A DNA stretch of 36,369 bases. Source: Rotaria socialis (lineage: Eukaryota). This document shows positions 1-12,205 of the stretch, piece after piece. Where the stretch lies: positions 62,001 through 98,369 of the forward strand of contig CAJNYD010000365.1 in NCBI GenBank assembly GCA_905331295.1, in the 5' to 3' direction. The notes under the pieces were generated by a model, which saw nothing but the letters and a program-made list of their open reading frames with translations, was not told where the DNA came from and did not search any database. Each line of letters opens with the position of its first letter. The first letter of the stretch is position 1. The position numbers were made by a program, and so were the translations under genes.

Positions 1-13
1 TTATTTATTTTAG

Positions 14-3000
14 GGTATTGTTAAAGCATTAAGAGAATATCGTGATCTCTTAATCGAAAATAAAGTATCAATATTCGTTCGTCGTGCTGGTCCTAACTAT
101 CAAGAAGGATTACGTGTTATGCGTGAAGTAGGCGCATCATTAGGCATTCCTGTTCATGTATTTGGACCTGAAACTCATATGACAGCTATTGTTGGCATGG
201 CACTCGGTATTCTTTTCTTTTTTCTTTTACTATTTATTGTTGCAATTTTTCTATTACGATTCTTTCTTTCTTTTTATTTATTCAGGAAAACGTCCTATTG
301 CTGCTCCAGAAGAAGTAGAACTAACAACAGCAAATTTCTTACTTCCAAGTAGTGGCAAGGTAACAATTTAGAAAACATGAAAAACGAATTATTCAAAGTT
401 TTATAGCTTTTTTGAATCTTCCTGTTAGAAAAATATCTTCTGAGATTTCTTCGCTCAGTATAAACACAGTGAGAATATAGAAAAATGCATTTGAATAGTA
501 GTGAGGTGATGAGATGCTCAAGATAGCTACTCATACTTAGTTTTCATGTATTTTTGGTCTATCATTATTGTATGTTTATATGCTTTATTCGGAATACATT
601 GGTCAAACAATGTGAAATCAGTTTTGACCGATTATACATATCTCTTACTAATCCTAGTAGTAATCTTGATAGTTAACTATCAGTCTTATACTTTTTTTAC
701 ATGTAGCTATTTTATAATCTAAATGTCGTTTTTTCTATCTAATAATAAATTTATTCTAATATTATTATTCTATTATAGAAAGGAGATGCTCGCGTTGCAT
801 CTGACACCGCATCAAGCACAACAGAAAAAGTGAACGGTGATGTTCTAAAAAATGATTTGAACCGACCACTCTTCACAAATGAAACTAGAGCTATTGTTTG
901 GGGTATGCAAACTAAAGTATGTCATTCCAAAAAATACTAATATATCATATTAATTATAATCTATTACTTTCAGGCTGTTCAAGGTATGCTTGATTTTGAT
1001 CATGTATGCCGTCGTACACAACCATCAGTTGTTGCTATGGTTTATCCGTTTACTGGTGATCATAAACAAAAATTTTATTGGGGTCATGAAGAAATTCTTT
1101 TGCCATGCTATAAAAATATGGCTGATTGTATAAAACGGCATCCAGAAGCGGATGTACTCATTAACTTTGCATCCCTACGTTCAGCATATGAAAGTACAAT
1201 GGAAGCAATGAAATATCCACAAGTATGTTAATCCAATGGCAGTATAAGAACATAGAGAGAACTACCGTATTGTTTCTTTCTTTCTTTCTTTCTTTTTATT
1301 CAAATACATAGATTCGAACAATTGCCATTATTGCTGAAGGTATTCCAGAACAATTAACACGAAGTATGATACGTGTAGCAAACAAGCAAAACGTATTTCT
1401 TATTGGACCAGCAACTGTATGTAAACTTGTTTGAATTTTAGTTTTGTAAATTTATCTTTTTGACATCCAGGTGGGTGGTTTAAAAGCTGGTTGTTTTAAA
1501 ATTGGACACACTGGAGGCATGCTCGATAATATTCTTATGTCAAAACTTTATCGACCAGGCAGGTACGTCATGATAGTTGAATATTTACTTTTAAGAATAC
1601 AAGAAAATAAATCTATTTATTTTAGTGTTGCATATGTTTCTCGGTCAGGTGGCATGTCCAATGAATTGAATAATATTATTGCTCGTAATTCCGATGGTGT
1701 TTATGAAGGCATTGCAATTGGTGGTGATCGGTAATTTGAAAATTATTTTACTTTTATGTATATCTAGTTCTAATATACAGATGATTGATAAGAAAGAGAC
1801 ACAATATTTCTTACACTTAATTTCTTAATTAATTATAATAAATGATTTCTAATTTTTATTTTAGTTATCCTGGTACGACATTTACAGATCATATCTATCG
1901 GTATGAAGGTGATCCAGAAGCTAAAATAATTGTTCTTCTTGGTGAAGTATGTTTTCCAGCGTATCAATAGAAAAAAGTTCTAAATCGTAATTTTTTAAAT
2001 AGGTTGGTGGTATTGAAGAATATCACATATGTGAAGCTATTAAATCGAAACGTATCACAAAACCATTAATTGCCTGGTGTATTGGCACATGTGCATCTAT
2101 GTTTACATCTGAAGTTCAATTTGGTCATGCGGGTTCACATGCAGATAATGATCGTGAAACAGCTGTGGCCAAAAATAAAGCTTTACGAGAAGCAGGTGCA
2201 CATGTACCAAATAGTTTCGATGAACTTGGCGACTTAATTCAGTATGAAACAAAAAAAAATAGAATTTGATACATAACTAGGTGTATTTGATTATTCAGTA
2301 AGGTATTTGGAGATCTTGTACAAGCAGGTCAATTCAAGCCCAAACCAGACGTAGTACCACCTTCAGTGCCAATGGATTATGATTGGGCTCGTGTATGATT
2401 TAGTTTTATGAATTTGAAGTTGTTTTTTTATTTTTGCATTATTTTCTTAGGAGCTTGGTTTAATACGAAAACCAGCAAGTTTCATGACAAGTATTGTTGA
2501 TGATCGTGGCCAAGAATTATTATATGCTGGTATGCCCATTACTGATGTTATTAAAGAAGACATGGGTATTGGCGGTGTACTTAGTTTACTCTGGTTTCGA
2601 AAACGGTGCGTTCTACTGTTTCCCTGCATGACCTAAATGTTTTTGTTTCAGGTTACCAAAATATGCTACAGATTTTCTTGAAATGACACTTATGGTAACA
2701 GCTGATCATGGGCCGGCCGTTAGTGGCGCACACAATACGATAGTATGTGCACGTGCTGGTAAAGATCTTGTTTCATGTTTGGCTTCTGGTCTACTAACAA
2801 TTGTAAGAAATAATTGATAGGAAATTTGCTTTTTACATTTAGCGAAATATTTAGGGAGATCGTTTTGGTGGTGCACTTGATAATGCTGCTAAACAATTTA
2901 GTGAAGCATTTGACACTGGTTTACATCCATCTGACTTTGTCAATAATATGCGTAAAGAAGGAAAATTACTTATGGGTATTGGGCATCGTGTTAAATCAGT

Positions 3001-3765
3001 ATGAATTCCTTTTAGAAAATATAAAATTTAATTGCTCATATTGATATTTAGTTAAATAATCCCGACATGCGTGTTGTTCTTCTGAAAAATTTTGCTAAGC
3101 AACATTTTCCAACAACTCCACTACTTGATTATGCACTTGAAGTAGAAAAAATTACTGTTAGCAAGGTAATATTATCGAGAAAAGTTAATGATATCATTTT
3201 TATCAGATGTCAATCTGAGGCATAATCGACTTGATGTAATATTAGAGACACTCAAAAATAGATTTCGATATCAAATTAGAGTGTCAAGCAAGTAGTTTGT
3301 TTTCTAGCTTCTGTAGACTCTTCAAAATGGCTACTTTTCAAGGTTTTCCTAATTTCTGTAAAAATAAATCGAGAATATCGTCGAGTCGAATGAAATCAAA
3401 CTAAGCTTTATCACGCAATATTTTTATGAATTTGAAAATTTGTGTTGCTTTTTCAGAAGCCTAATTTAATCTTGAATGTTGATGGTTGTATTGGTGTTTG
3501 TATGGTTGATCTCTTACGCCATTGTGGTTGCTTTACACTTGAAGAAGCCACTGAATTTGTTGATGATGGCGCACTTAATGGACTTTTTGTTCTTGGCCGT
3601 AGTATTGGGTTTATCGGTAAGTCATTTCTGACAAAAAAAAAAACATAGTTAAAAGTTTCGTATCTATTTATTTTAGGTCATTTTCTCGATCAAAAACGTC
3701 TTCGACAAGGTCTCTATCGTCATCCATGGGATGACATATCGTATGTCTTACCAGAGGCAATGTAA
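14..3765 (+). CDS. ACLY: ATP-citrate lyase, 5'-truncated by the window, multi-exon
   Basis: Spliced exons read [65 protein letters not shown] (phospho-His motif), [24 protein letters not shown] and end [18 protein letters not shown] (TAA 3763-3765). Introns are GT-AG. Confidence 0.97.
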
Positions 3766-5130
3766 AAGTTAAATTTTTCAATTATTGAAAAATTGACATT
3801 TTTTGAATGTTGTCTGTGTAAGATGTTTAGTTACATTCCTAATTGTAATTCAATATTTACTTCTATTTCTATACTTTGTATTGACAATGAGATCTCGCCT
3901 AGAGCAAACTTATCTTTTTTGTTTTATTTCTTCGGATATCCCTGTGGCATTCTTTAATCATTTCTTGTTGCTTACTGTTCTCGTTTCCATTGCTAGAACT
4001 TCCATTGATTGTCTTTGACTTTTAACAATTCAATCTCATGATCACTCTCATACATATCATACTTGATAAAAAAAATATCAAGGTTCTCTGTCGCATCATT
4101 TTATCGATATTAGCTATATACTCTTAATTCGTGTTATTCTGTCTAGTGTTCCGTCGTCATTTTATTTATGGTCTAAGAAATAACAAATAAAACAAATAAA
4201 ATAAAAATATTGGCACGTCAATTGCATAATGGATGACTGGGAAAATAATTTATTGATAGATAGTTCTGGCGTCGGTTTTAAATTTTGATATGTTGTTTGA
4301 TTACATTAGTTTTTTCTTGAAAAAAAAGCAGCTTTTGAATTCAATATAAGTGAAAGATAAACATTATGTACAGTTTTTGCTGAAATTATCTTAATTAGAG
4401 TATGGTCTATTGAAATTAAACAATGGTCACGTAAGAAAAAAAAGGGGGACTTCTATTTAAAAGCTTTGATTCAACTGAATACGAAAGTTTTGGTGATCAT
4501 CAAAATTTTTTATATCTATACGCGTTTATAGAAATAGAACAAGTCAAATTAGATGAATGCATAGTAATAACTGTTGAACAAGAACATTATTAGCAGTTAT
4601 CATGTTGCAAAATATTGATAAATGGTAGCAGATACGAAGAATCTATTCAAAATGCACAATGACTACTAGCCCATCATTTTTATTTATAGCAAGAGATATT
4701 CTCTGAATTTTGTAAGACAAACTATCATTCATTGATAAATAGGTTTTTCTAGTCTGCAGCAAATTGAAATGTTTTTGTTCAATTGTTACAATATCTTAAA
4801 ATATATTTGATTCTACGCAACTATATCATAGTTATCACTATTTCCTTTATTGTTACTACCGATTTTAAGTACAAAAATTATTTGAATAATTTCGTTTCTT
4901 CGATAGTATCGCAACGTCATCATACACATTTTTTTTTACATAAATTTGTACTTAAAACAATTATAGCTATAATAAACAAACAAAAATAGATTATTCACAG
5001 GTTAGATAATAGTTGAATATTCGTTTCTTTAGCACTGCTCGGGTATACACTTTCGCAAAATAATATATATGCAGAATGTGCCAATTGCCGCATTCAAATT
5101 TTTATGCTTCAAAAAAAATAAAAAAGAAGA

Positions 5131-5896
5131 TTAATTTGATTTTTCAATTGGCGGCCCATCTTCTGTTTCGGTATTTAATGCAGCTGGATCTTGATTTGAA
5201 TCAAGCTTTTCGATTGGATTCTGTTGATCATCATTATGTTTACTTTCATCGATTTCTTTTGTTGCGCGTAATTCTTTTTCATAGCGAATGAGTTGTAAAA
5301 AGAACGACAAGTTCGGTGCAGCAACACGTCGTTTTTCAATCAAATAATCATAAGCTTTCAATAACGAATCATGATGATATCTTAATTTCAAAAGCAAAAA
5401 AAGGAAATAGTAAATGAACATTAATTTTCGTTTACTTCATTAAATAAGCCAGAACAACTGATGATGAACGCGATATTCCCATTTGACAGTGAACTAAAAC
5501 TTTCTCATTTTTTTCTTTGCATTCATGTAAAAATTGATTGGTTTCTTCAAAATATTTTCTTATGTCAACACGGAGTTCATCATTTATATTAACCCACAGA
5601 ACATGAAATTTGTCTAATACCCCTTGGTCTAATTCGCAATCACATATATCAACTATATGTCGAATACCAAGTTCATTCAATAATTTTATATTTGACGCAT
5701 GACCTAAATCGCCATGATAAAGAAAATCATCAATAACTACGGATGGGGAACCATAGATATGCCGAGGACTATCCAATGATTTAAGTTTCTGTTCTCGAAG
5801 ATTTAATAGTTCTTGAAGATAAAGTAATTCTTCATCTGTCGCATTAAATGTTTCTTTTAAGTAGTCTCCCATAACCCTAACAGATGAATGAAACAT
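5131..5896 (-). CDS. Dual-specificity protein phosphatase (atypical DUSP-like), 2 exons (5896-5436, 5380-5131)
   Basis: Catalytic motif VHCQMGISRS, then AYLMK|YHHDSLLKAY..RRVAAPNLSFFLQL across a GT-AG intron (5435-5381). Start codon is uncertain. Confidence 0.88.
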
Positions 5897-6122
5897 GTTT
5901 GATGATAAACGCTTACAACTATAAATATGATCTGTAATCTTCTGTGTTTTTATATTTCGATTTGGTTATGACTGTTCTTCGATATCTAGAATTCAGTCGA
6001 ATAGTCAAAAATTGTGATCTTATAAATATATTTTTGAAAAAGGGGATACAAATTGAAAAAAAAAACTTTCATATGTTATACTTTCGAGAACATGTTTTAC
6101 TCAAGTTGTACACAAACATAGA

Positions 6123-6189
6123 AGCAACGTAAGAAAAATCAAGCTAAAATCTATTAAAATTTCAATTTTAGCCTTCATAAGGTATTGCT
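6123..6189 (-). promoter_or_regulatory. SECIS element in the 3' UTR of the selenoprotein gene
   Basis: Minus strand reads AGCAAU-acc-uu-AUGAA-GGCUAAAAUU-gAAAuuuuaaua-GAUUUUAGCU-UGAU-...-GUUGCU. This gives an AUGA/GA core, a fully paired 10-bp helix II, apical AAA and a lower helix AGCAAU/GUUGCU, about 100 nt after the stop. Confidence 0.88.
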
Positions 6190-6284
6190 AGCTAGCATAG
6201 TGAACAAACTTGAAAAAAGAAAAACATATTCAAGTATTAGTATGACAATATAAAGAGATGCTGTTAAATGCAAATGTTAGCTTG

Positions 6285-6687
6285 CTACATAACAGAACAA
6301 GATGAACTCTTGTCTGGTTCTGTCACAGCTTCAACGTCACGACCTTGTGCAGCATTTTTAACTTCTTCCACAACCTAAGCAAAATAGACTTATAACTGTA
6401 TTTAAATCAATATAAACTTACTTTATCGAATGCAGGAAAATGACCACTATCCAGTTTTGAATAGACGAGTTTATCGTTAATGGTCACTTCAAATGAGCCT
6501 GAGATACGAGAAAAATAATAAATAGCGAAAGACAATTCAAATAAATCTACTTACTGGGTCGTCCAACTTTTCCAGTTACGGTAGCACCTGGCACGCGTTT
6601 AAGAATATCTTGACGCAATGCTTCGTACCGTGGTTCGTACCCTCATCGTCCGCAATATTCCACATGAACAACGACTGGCTGGACCAT
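6285..6687 (-). CDS. Rdx-family selenoprotein (SelW/SelW2/MIEN1-like), 99 aa, exons 6687-6555, 6498-6422, 6374-6285
   Basis: MVQPVVVHVEYCGR(U)GYEPRYEALRQDILKRVPGATVTGKVGRPSSFEVTINDKLVYSKLDSGHFPAFDKVVEEVKNAAQGRDVEAVTEPDKSSSCSVM*. In-frame TGA at 6645-6643 sits in the CxxU position; Rdx motifs FEV and SKL..G.FP are present; a SECIS lies downstream. Confidence 0.92.
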
Positions 6688-7863
6688 ATTTTAGATAAAA
6701 TTAATTCAAATATGAGTTTATCAAAAGTATCTATAAAAGAGAAAAGTATAGAGTAACAGAGGCATGTGACATTTATTATTATTATTATTACCTTCACCTA
6801 TTTAAGGTTAAACAAGCGTTACCTTGCCATTATATAGTCAGCGAAAAAAAAGCAATTATGTAAGTGCATTTCATTAATACTAGCGAATCATTAAAAATGC
6901 TTTACCAGATGGCATACCAAGACAGCCAATAAAAAATAAAGACAGAAAAAAATGTGTGGAGCTCGACTAAATTTAACTCTTCGTAATTGACTTTTTTTTG
7001 TTAAAGAACAGAGCTAAAAAACCATTATTTTTGCTTCGAACACGTTTCTATTAACAGCCGTGCCAAGTTATCTTTGACGCATTGAAAAGAAAAGTTTCTC
7101 GATGCATCTTCTTCAATTACGGTCTTCCATATCCCGACAGTCTAACTTATGTGTCTCGAGCGTGATTTATGAAAACCGCTTTGTTTATAATAAGCATGAT
7201 TTTTCAAAGCTTATAATTTATTTTGATTTTCACATTGTTGAGTCTTTTCCGAAGAGATCGAACAAACAAGTTTATTGAAATTTTTGATTGCACCGAAAAT
7301 AACAAGTTTTGAAAAGTTAACTCATTGAATATAATTATCTTATAACCAGATGATACTTGTGAGTTTACAATTCTACTCATGCTAACAAGTGCAAACATTT
7401 TTATAAAACAGATATAACTTTTGGATTGTCTCAATATGTCAAACATATGGGAAACATAAAAATTGATTTGATTTATTCTTCATTAAATTGTCAGCAGTAG
7501 ACATGTAGACATTAAGCAAGCTCTAAAGTATTTGGCATAGCATATGGTTTTAATATATTTCAAAGTTTACTGAAAACATATTTAGCAAATTTTATAGATT
7601 TCCATAAAATTCTTCCGCTTTGAATATTCAACGGTTTAAGAGTTAATCTAGTTGACTAATACAGATTATTCATTCAAATTGATAATCTTAAAATAAGATG
7701 ATAAGTATAACAATTAATAGTCTATTAAAATTTGGATCGATTAAATTTTTATTTAGAAAGCAATATTTCATTATTCATACGAATACGAAATGTATCAATG
7801 AAAGTCAGTAAAATCAAACGTTACAGTGTCTAAAACAAAATAAAAGTTTTCTTTTTGACGAAT

Positions 7864-8876
7864 TTATTGCTGAGCTACTGATATTTGAAGCTCGTTGCTT
7901 ACTGTTGTTGGACCTATTTGTCGCTGTGGTCGACCGCATCGTAGTATTCGAGATGATGTTTTCCTCCAAACATTTAAAAAACGTCGATCAATAAACATAA
8001 AAATAAGAGGGTCACATAAGGCACTTGCTATGCTGCCAAAACGTGCGTAAATACTTGGCTCAAATATCGATAAAACATAAGATGCCACAACGTTAGGTGT
8101 CCATAATATCAACCAAAAAATGTAAAGAACAAAAAATTGAACTAGTAATTGTAAATGTTTAGTACGCTACGAATAAAAAGCATCAACGAAAGAATATATT
8201 TATTTAAACAAAAAGATGAATTTTTCTCTTTTACTTGTGATCGAGCAGCTAGTTGCGATTGACGAACATGAATGGTTGTTACTATCATGAAATAACAATT
8301 TAAAATAACTGGAATAAAAACAACAATGAACAAATTTCCAAAACCAGTTTTAATATCTTCATAGTCCAAATGGCAACTACCATTATTTTGATATTCATGT
8401 AATTGAACTATGCCAAATAATTTTGTTTGAATCAATAAGATAGCTATTCCAAATAAATATAAACATACATTGAAAATAAGAAGAATAGACGGATATCGAG
8501 AAGCTATATTGAAATTTTTTACAATCAAATAGTAACGTGTAATATTTAAACAAACTAACATATAAGCTTCAAGTACAGTCATATACGAATTTGCGTATGC
8601 TTCAATCGCACAAAGTACATTGAAGATGGCAGGTGAAACACACCCTGACATAGTACGAGTTGAATACTCAACAAAGAGTTGCACAAGTAGAAGAATATCC
8701 GTAATAAGATAATTATATACCCAAAGCATAGACATTTGACGAAGTGCTGGATGTGTAGCTACCTGTATCCAGAATAACACATGAAATATAAAAGCAGGTA
8801 TAGCTAGAGCAAGATAAACTCGACCAATTTGACGCAGGTTTAGGGGCCATGTCATATTATAGCATTCTAAAGACAT
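7864..8876 (-). CDS. Divergent class A (rhodopsin-like) 7TM GPCR, 2 exons (8876-8235, 8166-7864)
   Basis: About seven hydrophobic segments: TM2 NYLITD, TM3 Cys and ITRY (DRY-like), ECL2 Cys, TM6 WTP, TM7 DPLIF (NPxxY-like), and a helix-8-like DRRF. The intron joins the two ORF-track pieces in frame. Confidence 0.78.
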
Positions 8877-9691
8877 TTTCCAGTGATAATGTTGAGAAAA
8901 TTGAAAATGTGATTTCTTTTTTATCATACTCATATCTATTTACTTATGATAATTGATTTCAGTTCCGTTAAATACTTTATAAAAAAGTCTCGAAAGAAGA
9001 TATTGCTTTCAAAGCATCATTAGCAAATAGTGACATCAGAGAAAAATAATGTACTCACTAAAAATAGTAAAGAAAAACAAGTTGATTCAATAAAGTGTGA
9101 TCGAATTATTTTGCTGCATACGTATTATCCATGTGTTTTAACTTTTGTGACAAGATCAAAAAGAATAGTGACGATCGTATTATGGAAATTCATCAATATC
9201 TAGAGTCACTCTGCATGTTGGTTTGTTTTATCAGAATGAAAGACTTTTCAGAAATCTCCTGTCTATTCACTATTATTTTGATTATATCATTTGAAAAATC
9301 ACGTTAGTCTTTATGAATAGAACTCATTGTGATTATTATGTCTGCTGCTAACAACTTACAATTTATTTCATAATAAGTTATGTGTTTTAATAGGAAAATC
9401 AAGGGCATATTTTTGAAAATGACCTCAGTTGCACTTTATTTATAACAAAGAAAATATACATAGAATGGTAAAAAAAATGATCATCTCCACAAAGAAAAAA
9501 CCGTAGTATTGCATTTTTTCACATTAATTCCAATGAGTTACGTTTTCTTATTGAAATTACCGTTAAGTTCAATTTCTAGTAGATTTTCTGTAATTGTTGA
9601 TTAGTTGCAAACTAATGGAAATAAATGTATGTTTTATTTTCTTGTTTATCATAGATAATAATAAAGAAAACAGTATCTATTTTTTGAAAAA

Positions 9692-10382
9692 TCAACTCAA
9701 TGGTGTTAATTTACAGCCTAATAAACCATTTCCAGACCATTTTTTTGGTGTTAATGTCAATGTCTGCTGTTCTTTTGTATTGACACGTTCAACAAATAAT
9801 GTAATTGAACGATTTTCACTATTGTTTACAAGCGCTGCGACATCTTGCATCGTACGAAAATTATCTTTACGAATTGTACCAATGCGACAAATCAAATCAC
9901 CAACATGTAGATCAGCTAGTTCAGCAGGTGATTGCTTACTGACAATATCAACACGTAAAAATGGCTCTTTTTTAGGTAAATTAGCATTGCTCGGAGGAGC
10001 AGTTGTTATCGCATCAGTAGTATTCGATGGATTTTTGATAGTACTTTCATGAACTTGTATCAGGCCATCTTCGATTTGTTTCATCAATGTTTTATGATCA
10101 TTTTGTAAGCAGATAACTCGCTGTCGTATTTGACGTACTCTAACAAGATCAATATCATTTCTGAAAAAGAATAAAAAAAAATTTTTGTGTTAGCTTTGTT
10201 TGCAAAGAAAAAAAAAGAAAGCATTCAATTAATGCTATTTACCTAGGATATCCTTCTTTATCGACAAGTTCACCTGTCATTCCAACATTATTTTGTAGTT
10301 TAAGTTCATTTCCTAATTCAAGTAATTCTTTTTCAATATCATCTTTTTGTTTTATTAATTCGAGTAATTCTTCTCGATTCAT
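9692..10382 (-). CDS. PSMD9: 26S proteasome non-ATPase regulatory subunit 9 (p27/Nas2), exons 10382-10243, 10160-9692
   Basis: MNREELLELIKQKDDIEKEL..VGMTGELVDKEGYPR|NDIDLVRVRQIRQRVICLQNDHK, then a PDZ domain (SPAELADLHVGD) and C-terminal LTPKKWSGNGLLGC. Confidence 0.95.
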
Positions 10383-10558
10383 ATTAAATCTAAAAATCAA
10401 AGAAAAATCGTGCAAGAAGCAAAAATAAATAGGTCACTGTAGAAAAAGATGAACAATATCATACAATTCAGATGAATATGATAGTAAATTTAAAAAAATA
10501 GATCAGTGTCACGGAATGAAAGAAAAAAATAAATCACAGGCGAAATTATCAACAGTTT

Positions 10559-12205
10559 TTATCCAATCCATTTTCGTTCAAAATTAAAATTAAATGATTG
10601 TTTAACTGGTGCACGTGGTGTATATGATCCAGGACCGGGTCGCTCAGCTGCTATCGCTGTGTCGATTGCCCAACGACTTGTAGTTGAAACAAATGCAGCT
10701 GATGACATATATTTTTTTTCGACACCTTTATAGTCACGAAGCTCATAAGCACCTGGACCAGGGTATGGAGGCTCAGGAGATGGTGGAACAGCTGGAGCAG
10801 AAATAGCCAAATAATGATGACGTCTTCAAAGAAGAAGTTATTTTTCATTTAAAAACTAACGAGAATTTATGTTTTAATAACATACGGAAGCACGTTTCGA
10901 GGAGATTCTTCAGTTAATTTTTCAAATGGTCGATAATCAGCTGGACCTGGAAGCTAAACGAAAATAAAAATCGGAATAGTATCAATATTGCTTTTGAATT
11001 TTTAATACTGGATCAGACGATCGAACGCTAAATGCATCACGTTTAGAATTCGATTTAAAACTAGATTGATGAACATGTCCTGATGTTCGTGTAGCAGAAT
11101 CATCCAAATTATATGCACCTTAAATATACAATAGAATTATTATTCATGTATTATATTTATATAGATCAAACGAAGGAAAAACAGCTACAAACCTGGAGCT
11201 GGTGTCACAAATTGTTTACCAATACCATCAGATCTTTTTGTATGTGATCGAAAAGCGGCTTGAGCACTAACATTATTTGATTTAGTTATTGTTTTATACC
11301 CTTGATTAATCTATTCAAAAAAAAGTAAATAATTGAAACAAAACGAAAAGAGAAAAATAATACTTTATCGACGTCATATTGATTTGGAGCTGGTACCAAT
11401 GATTTTGGCGATAATGGCCGTTCTGCAATTGGCTTTTGAAACATACTGGAATATTTCGATCTATTAAAACCTTGATGTTCATTATCAAATATGCCAACAA
11501 TATTATAGCTTGTAGGTGCTGGGACATTTGGTGATTGATTCATAGAATTATCTCGTTTACTCTACATATCAATAGGAAAAAAAATATGTATATTTAGAGA
11601 GAGAGAGACAAGACAAAAAGAAGCAATATGAATCACCTTCGAAGCAAAACTACCAGAACCTTTCTTTGAATCAGAAGTTCTTTCTAGTTGTTTACCTAAT
11701 GATTGAACTGTTTGATATTGACCAGGACCGGGTGTGAAATTCTACAATAAAAAAAATGGAAATCTTCTAGATAAACACATTTATAACTTACTGCATCATA
11801 TTGAAAACGTTTAGCAGTTTGTTGAAAACCTTGTTTTTCAGCATTACTTGAAATAATAGTTAAATAACGATATGGAATCGACGGAGTACCCGCTGCACAA
11901 ACAGTATATCCTTAAATAAGACAAAAAACAAATAGAAAAAATTCAAAAAGCGTTTTATTCTAATTCCCACGAGAAAATTATCTAAATTGCTGCTATGTAG
12001 AGTAAGAGAGCAAAGCAAAAATACAAACCTTATTTTTGAAAAAGCTAAATGTTGATAATAAGAAATGTATAAAAACAAATTAATAGATTTTTTAAAATAA
12101 ATCACCTCGATGAACCTTGTTTGATTCAGATGGTATATATCTAGATCTTTGTGATAGATTTCCTTTGGTGATACTGTCTGTTCCAGCCATCGTCATTTTT
12201 GACAT
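10559..12205 (-). CDS. STPG1: Sperm-tail PG-rich (SHIPPO) repeat protein, STPG1/MAPO2-like, multi-exon
   Basis: Exon 2 reads PSIPYRYLTIISSNAEKQGFQQTAKRF. Repeated P(G/A)P(G/N)xY motifs (TPGPGQY, VPAPTSY, PAPNQY, PGPADY, PGPGAY, PGPGSY) follow, then HYLAISAPAVP and C-terminal SFNFNFERKWIG. Confidence 0.82.

Noticed and set aside
6576..6797. ORF-track 73-aa minus-strand ORF
   Set aside because: Wrong-frame overlap of the selenoprotein exon 1 and upstream sequence; no recognisable motif.
9594..10052. 152-aa plus-strand ORF
   Set aside because: Antisense shadow of PSMD9 exon 2. Other short antisense ORFs over HtrA2, ACAD9, ERp29 and the LEA-like gene are rejected for the same reason.
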